Assembly: GCA_964016885.1 (NCBI GenBank)
Contig: OZ024754.1
Span: 27,342,001 to 27,406,000 of the forward strand
Direction of reading: 5' to 3'
Source of the DNA: Eledone cirrhosa
Lineage: Eukaryota
Length of the DNA: 64,000 bases
In this document: positions 56,971 through 64,000 of the stretch, piece after piece
How the letters are laid out: every line of letters begins with the position of its first letter
Position numbering within the stretch: position 1 is the first letter of the stretch
Program-made: the position numbers and the translations under genes
Notes under the pieces: generated by a model
The model's input: only the letters and a program-made list of their open reading frames with translations
Database searches by the model: none
Told to the model about the DNA's origin: nothing

Positions 56971-57787
56971 ATTGTTGTTATCGTTGCTGTCCTTCTTCTT
57001 TAGTCCGGCAAATCTGTTAATCCGGTACTGTACTTCAATTTCATTGAATAATTTCCAACACGTTGTGATTACTTGGAGGTAAAAACAGAAATCTTTTAGA
57101 GACATTCCTTCTCTTATTCTATTCAAATGACGTCATGACAGTTTTAAAGTTGCAAAAGTAAATCTTTTGACAAAGTCTGGCGTATTAATTTGAGAGGATT
57201 ATATACCACACTTTCAACGGATTACATTTCTGAATGCTTTGTATGAATATCTAGCTTATTCATCCACCATGTCCACTTCATACACCCTGCAAACAAACAT
57301 ACATACTTAGAAACAACTATGTGGTTACTTAACCTGTTAGAAATATCAAACTTGTCTCCATTTAAATCCTATGCTAAAGTCTCAAACAAATATGTTCAGA
57401 ACTGGGAAGTCGATGGTCGTAGTGTTTATATGTGCAGAAACAACAATAACAACAACAAACCTAGTTAACAATTTCTTCACTGCACCACTCATAAAGAAAC
57501 TTATCGGAATCCGTATAATAACATGAGTGAGGTTTTAGTTTCTGTTAGAATAATATTTCAGGTGATTATGTGCGTAATACTCTACTATGTATATATCTCT
57601 AGTAGTTTATGTTAGAATATTGTATATTTCTATTATTTTACGTTAGAATAATATATATATATATATATATATTTTTCTATCTGCGACCGACAGATAGTAA
57701 TAGCAATTGGAAAGAGCCTTGGAAACATTGTTTCCTCGGTCCGATTTGACGAAAGTCGATCGACTGACTACATATATATATATATAA

Positions 57788-59260
57788 TGTAGGAGGTGCG
57801 TTTTATTGTAGTACAATAAAGCAATGCAGATATCGGATAAGAAGCACTCTACAGTTTGTAGGACTGGAGTATACATAATATAAGATCAAAAGATGGTTAA
57901 AGGAGTTCCATGTATTTTATTATGCGCATTTCAAAAACAAACATCATCATGCAACAATATTTGTGTTTTCATCAGATAAAACAGGAGAACATGATATGAA
58001 GGCTAAAAAACCCAATTTTAAATCAACATATGAAAAGTGGTTTTAGATTGATGTGTGATATTGGGAAAAATATTTTATTTAGAGAGGGGGGGGTGGAAAG
58101 GATGAAAAAGGGGAGGAGATGAGAGGGAGAGATGGGTGATAGAGAGAAAGAAAGAGATAGTTTTTATAACTGAGAGGAGATATATTGTTTTACATAGAGA
58201 GGTTGAAAACCGTTGGAAGATAATGTATAAATTAAAAATTTGAAATTAACGAAGGGAGGATATGTGCGAGGAAAGAATATTTTATTTATGGAGAGGGGGG
58301 GGATGAAAAAAGGGGGAGGAGATGAGAGTGAAGGTGGAGAGGGAGAGATGGGTGATAGAGAGAAAGAGATAGTTTTTATAACTGAGAAAAAGATATATTG
58401 TTTTACATAAATTAAAGGAATTTGAAAATTAACGAAGGGAATTTATGTATGAAGATAGAGAGAAAAAATAATAATTGTGGATGAATATTCTAACGTCAAA
58501 AAATGTGTGTGTTGATAAGTATTGTGGCAATTTCAAAATTAACGAAGAGAAAAATTATTAAGGTTTGTGTGTAGAAGGATTTGAGAAAAATAATGTGAAG
58601 TTAAAGTTTGTATATTGAAGGAATTGATAATATATGCGAATAAAGAGTTAATATGTATTAAGAATGAGTTCGTTGATGGGGAGAAAAAAAAAAAAAAAAT
58701 AAATTAAGGATGAAATTGAGATTTAAAAAGATTTTTCTCAGTTATAAAAACTATCTCTTTCTCTCTATCACCCATCTCTCCCTCTCCACCTTCACTCTCA
58801 TCTCCTCCCCCTTTTTTCATCCCCCCCCCTCTCCATAAATAAAATATTCTTTCCTCGCACATATCCTCCCTTCGTTAATTTCAAATTTTTAATTTATACA
58901 TTATCTTCCAACGGTTTTCAACCTCTCTATGTAAAACAATATATCTCCTCTCAGTTATAAAAACTATCTCTTTCTTTCTCTCTATCACCCATCTCTCCCT
59001 CTCATCTCCTCCCCTTTTTCATCCTTTCCACCCCCCCCTCTCTAAATAAAATATTTTTCCCAATATCACACATCAATCTAAAACCACTTTTCATATGTTG
59101 ATTTAAAACTGCACTATCCACAAGTGTTTTTTAGCCTTCATATCATGTTCTCCTGTTTTATCTGATGAAAACACAAATATTGTTGCATGATGATGTTTGT
59201 TTTTGAAATGCGCATAATAAAATACATGGAACTCCTTTAACCATCTTTTGATCTTATATT
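57788..59260. mobile_element. Large fold-back of PLE 3' UTR/pseudo-LTR (20148 family) with hammerheads at 57913-57983 (-) and 59154-59224 (+)
   Basis: 58735-59260 is the reverse complement of ~57878-58389; TGTTTTAT-CTGATGA-AAACACAAAT..GTTTGTTTTT-GAA-ATGCGCAT-A-ATAAAATA. Confidence 0.88.
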
Positions 59261-59556
59261 ATATATATATATATATAGTTAGAGAAGCAAAAAATTGCTT
59301 ATTGTGATCCAGTTCTTGGTTAAGAAAGCCAGTTTCGTGGATGGTTTCAACGTACGGTTAGGGGTAACTCCACAAGTTTGTAAGAATTCCGTTCAATCTG
59401 TGAACAACAATTATAATTGAGTGGCTGCTATTTGCAGTATAGCAATATAAGGTTGCACTTACCAATGAAACGGTCGTAAATACCTTGATAAAATCCTTCT
59501 CTTAATGCTTACCTGTGTTTTCTCTTTTATACTATATATATATATATATATATATA

Positions 59557-59678
59557 GAAGTGGTTACACAACAGTTAATTCACCATACCGAGAACAATTG
59601 TTGTGTAACCACTTCTACCTAACTCGTCCCATGGACTGAATGGTCTACCACTACGGATATTACCTTCCAGTGTTCCAC

Positions 59679-59682
<4 letters not shown>
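59557..59682. repeat. Short fold-back insert between (TA)n tracts
   Basis: AGAAGTGGTTACACAACA / TGTTGTGTAACCACTTCT. Confidence 0.6.
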
Positions 59683-59753
<71 letters not shown>

Positions 59754-59825
59754 TTTTCAAAAATATGTCAACATGAATAAATCTGTTATTTTTATCTAAA
59801 GACATTTTTACAATTCCACCCCACC

Positions 59826-59980
59826 CGTCCCTTCAATCTATCTTATTTCTCATTCTTTCTTCTGATGAAAGACTAGCGTCCGAAACGTTAAGACCCTCCT
59901 CCTGCTATTTCAAGCGTTAACCTAATATATTCCTTCCATATACTGTACCAATTGTGTTGTTATTTCTGTTTACCTTTTAC
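59826..59980 (+). mobile_element. Short repeat with minimal hammerhead (59858-59893) ending at (AC)n
   Basis: TCTT-CTGATGA-AAGAC-tagc-GTCC-GAAACGTT-AAGA. Confidence 0.7.
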
Positions 59981-59989
59981 ACACACGCG

Positions 59990-60098
<109 letters not shown>

Positions 60099-60429
60099 GC
60101 GCACACACACATATATATATACTAGTTTATGTTGGAATAATCTTTTAACTGGTTTTGTGCACATATCTCTACTAGATATTTAATAAAATTGTTATCCTAA
60201 CAGACCAACTTAAACTGATATATTATATATACTAATGATAGCCACAGAATTTCGCTCTGTTATCATTAGGTTCTCAGTTTGATCCCAATACATGGAATCT
60301 TGATCAAGTGTCTGGTCTATCCAAGTAGAAAGGAACTGTAATGTAAGTAGGTCAGATGAAATATGAGAGAGAGGCACTTCTTCGGTTACAATGACGAGTG
60401 TTCCAGTTGATATGATCAATGTGATTTGA

Positions 60430-60620
60430 TTGTGAAATTAACGTACCTGTGACTGAACATTCCACAGATGTGCGTACCCTTAACGTAGTTCTCAGGGAGA
60501 CTCAGCGTGACACAGAAATTGACAAGTCTAGCCATTCGAATTATAGATACAACTCATTTTTACCAACTGAGTAGACTGGAGCAACGTGAGATAAAGTGCT
60601 TTGTTCAAGAACGCAACACG
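60430..60620 (-). mobile_element. SINE family B body
   Basis: Similar to 25200-25395 and 36500-36635. Confidence 0.65.
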
Positions 60621-60630
60621 AATACCGCAG

Positions 60631-61436
60631 CCACCGGCCTTCACAGATGGATTGCATATGTAACTCAAACGGCTAGTTTTGTCACACACTGTGTCACAAG
60701 CAGACCACCAGCCTTCACAGATGGATTGCATATGTAACTCAAACGGCTAGTTTTGTCACACAGTGTCACAAGCAGACCACCCGCCTTCACAGATGGATTG
60801 CATATGTAACTCAAACGGCTAGTTTTGTCACACACTGTGTCACAAGCAGACCACCCGCCTTCACAGATGGATTGCATATGTAACTCAAACGGCTAGTTTT
60901 GTCACACACTGTGTCACAAGCAGACCACCAGCCTTCACAGATGGATTGCATATGTAACTCAAACGGCTAGTTTTGTCACACAGTGTCACAAGCAGACCAC
61001 CCGCCTTCACAGATGGATTGCATATGTAACTCAAACGGCTAGTTTTGTCACACACTGTGTCACAAGCAGACCACCAGCCTTCACAGATGTATTGCATATG
61101 TAACTCAAACGGCTAGTTTTGTCACACAGTGTCACAAGCAGACCACCCGCCTTCACAGATGGATTGCATATGTAACTCAAACGGCTAGTTTTGTCACACA
61201 CTGTGTCACAAGCAGACCACCCGCCTTCACAGATGGATTGCATATGTAACTCAAACGGCTAGTTTTGTCACACAGTGTCACAAGCAGACCACCCGCCTTC
61301 ACGAATGGACTGCATATGTAACTCAAACGGCTAGTTTTGTCACACACTGTGTCACAAGCAGACCACCAGCCTTCACAGATGGACTGCATATGTAACTCAA
61401 ACGGCTAGTTTTGTCACACACTGTGTCACAAGCAGA
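60631..61436. repeat. 72/74-bp minisatellite, 11 units
   Basis: Successive periods 74,72,74,74,72,74,72,74,72,74. Confidence 0.95.
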
Positions 61437-61734
61437 TAGTTAAATTGTTCGAACAACTGGAACACTCCTTGTAGACAGAGACTGAGGTCGATTTCATTCT
61501 CTAATATCTAACCTAACAAGGTTTCTCTTTTCTATTCAATGTTCAAATGAATTAATGACATTAAATCGTTGTAGGTGAAATGTATAGACACACAAACACG
61601 CATACATACAAATATTTATACATATATGTATATAATATACATATATACATATATGTATATGTGTATGTATATCATTACATATATATATACATATGCATAC
61701 ACACACACACAGACACACACACACACACACACGC

Positions 61735-61829
<95 letters not shown>

Positions 61830-61922
61830 CACGCACACACACACACATATACATATGTCATTCCGGTCTTAACGACATCACAACTTTCTCCGCTTGGCCT
61901 GTTCCCCCCCTTTTGGAACTTT

Positions 61923-61958
61923 TCCCCCGTTGATGGGCGTGAGCCCGAAATATTGGGA
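61923..61958 (+). ncRNA. Decayed minimal hammerhead
   Basis: TCCC-CCGTTGA-T-GGGC-gtga-GCCC-GAAATATT-GGGA; stems intact, two core mismatches. Confidence 0.45.
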
Positions 61959-62253
61959 TTAAATCTCTACTACGGTAACCCTTCTACCTTTGTTTTGTTT
62001 TCATCTTTGTCTCTCTCAATTTTCACTTTCACCTGTTTTTCCTATCTATATTTCACTTCCTACCTCGAGATTTCCCTTTGCATTGTTGTGGCTTTCTTAA
62101 ATACGTATCTTTATATATATATATATATATATACAAAAATATATATAGGCATATATTTGCTTACCAATCACTATATCGATATTGGTATGTGTATACAACT
62201 CTCTCTCAATCTCTCTGTCAATCTCTCTCTCAATCTCTCCTTCTCTCTCTCAA

Positions 62254-62323
<70 letters not shown>

Positions 62324-63095
62324 AATATTGTTCCACATACTGGCCTCTATGACAAATCAGCATATCTGTACATTTAATTACGTTTCAGGAGTTATTTCGT
62401 TTATGGCACTTTACTTTTCCAGTTCATCCTATCAATTTAATTTTAAAATACAATTCATGAAATACTTCAAACATTTTAAGTTTATATACTTTTTGATCTA
62501 TTCAAAGTGTTTTCTATCTCATTTGTTGAAGACGGAGATTGAAAACGGTTAAAGTTTCTAAAATGTTGACGTTTAAATGAGATTGAAATATATTAACTTT
62601 CATAGATACGTAAATCTAATTGATGCTACACAAATATCAACATCATTAAGTTAATGGAATAAATAGCTGGCATTGAATTGCCACGTCTAATCTTTAAGAT
62701 AACCTAAAGTAATACGGCCTAACGCTGATCTTTGTAATCCATTTATACGAAATAAACGATACATTTTTCGTCCCATCTGCCTAAATATATTTCGTTACAA
62801 ATTAATGGTGTCCTCACAACCTTCTCTCTCTTTTCGAGATTTATTGGAGAATGTTGACGCATTTTATATCATGATTGTTTTGCTTTGCTTTATGTTATTT
62901 TCAATCAGTTAGCAGTCAATAGTTTAATTCATTTTTTTTTTTTCAAACTCTGAATTAAGTCATAGATTTCACGTAGAAAGGGAATTGTATGAAGTTACAT
63001 GAGAAGTTCTTAAGATCAAGTTAAAATGGAATACAGAATTGTGACGCGTATACAGTTTAACGAAATAAGATATGTGAACAGAAACAATATATATT

Positions 63096-63137
<42 letters not shown>

Positions 63138-64000
63138 TCTGTAACTATAGTTGCACATTTAAACGCACACACATACACACACACATATATATATATATAT
63201 CCTGCAGTACTTACCATTTTATGATTAATTTCCTTACGCAGACTTTATATACGCTTATAGAGTAGAATCAAGGAATGAGGAAACTAATCTCTTTGTAATC
63301 AAAGCGAATTTGATAGAACTCTGAGTTAAAACCATGCATTAGCTTTGTATTCAATATTGTTGTTGTTCTGGTCGATGAAAGTTATTCACAAACTCGGAAA
63401 CATTTTGGTTACAGTTAATATATTTCAGTGTAGAATCAGATTTTTAGTGCTTCTAATAACGACAAACCATAGCAGTGGTTGTTAGAATCATAGGAATTGA
63501 CGATTACTTCTTTCGGCATTTGTTTAGACTCCCTGTGAAATGAGTTTAAATCCCGCAGTAGTCAACTTTGTTTTTAAAATTATTTCTATGCAATGTATGT
63601 TTTGTATGTCCGTTTGATTATTCCTGACTGACTGAATTCTCTCAGACCTATACACATATATGCGCACATCTAAACATATACTTGTGATAGCTTCTTATCT
63701 TGAATATCAAAAGAAGCTTCATTTTTATGAGCATCATTGAGTGCGTCCGACATAAAAAAAACTCAGTCAATTCTCCTGGCTTACTGGGGATTTTCATTCA
63801 GTCTTACTTCCAGTGTTAAATCAGATATCAGGTAGATATGAGCTGGACTGTTCCTAACATACTGCGGGTCTCTGATCACCACATGAGCAGAAGGGAAAGA
63901 CGAAGAATGTTGTGCTGCATCGACAGGGTTTACATAATTTGCTTCTGGAAATTAGGCGCTAAGGAGCAACGCGTTCAATATTAACCACGTGGCTATAGTA

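Noticed and set aside
57748-57770. GAA-AGTCGATCGACT palindrome resembling hammerhead stem III
   Set aside because: Followed by G (not a valid UH site) and no CUGANGA or stem I partner found
60631-61436. CRISPR-like periodic array
   Set aside because: No unique spacers, no cas genes, eukaryotic context; it is a plain minisatellite

Overview
AT-rich, microsatellite-saturated eukaryotic repeat DNA with no recognisable host protein-coding exon. The tRNA-derived SINE families and the (TA)n/(CA)n density suggest an octopus/cephalopod genome (inference). Contents: several Penelope-like elements (PLEs; RT plus C-terminal GIY-YIG; one near full length at 20148-24192), a 5'-truncated Tx1/L1-clade LINE (31418-35965), an RTE-type 3' fragment, a DD37D Tc1/mariner relic, a non-autonomous Helitron, a hAT MITE and many SINEs. 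The main signal is about 20 type I hammerhead ribozyme (HHR) motifs, read by eye, from roughly nine unrelated repeat families. They include two non-autonomous tandem repeats with one HHR per unit: a near-identical 485-bp array (45818-48532) and a 418-bp family (3790-4735, 24307-24927). Both resemble non-LTR retrozymes (circular-RNA-producing retroelements) and share (TA)n junctions with the autonomous PLEs; the 418-bp family also shares their fold-back 5' ends. Most ORFs in the track are microsatellite artefacts. All folds are manual; none was computed.
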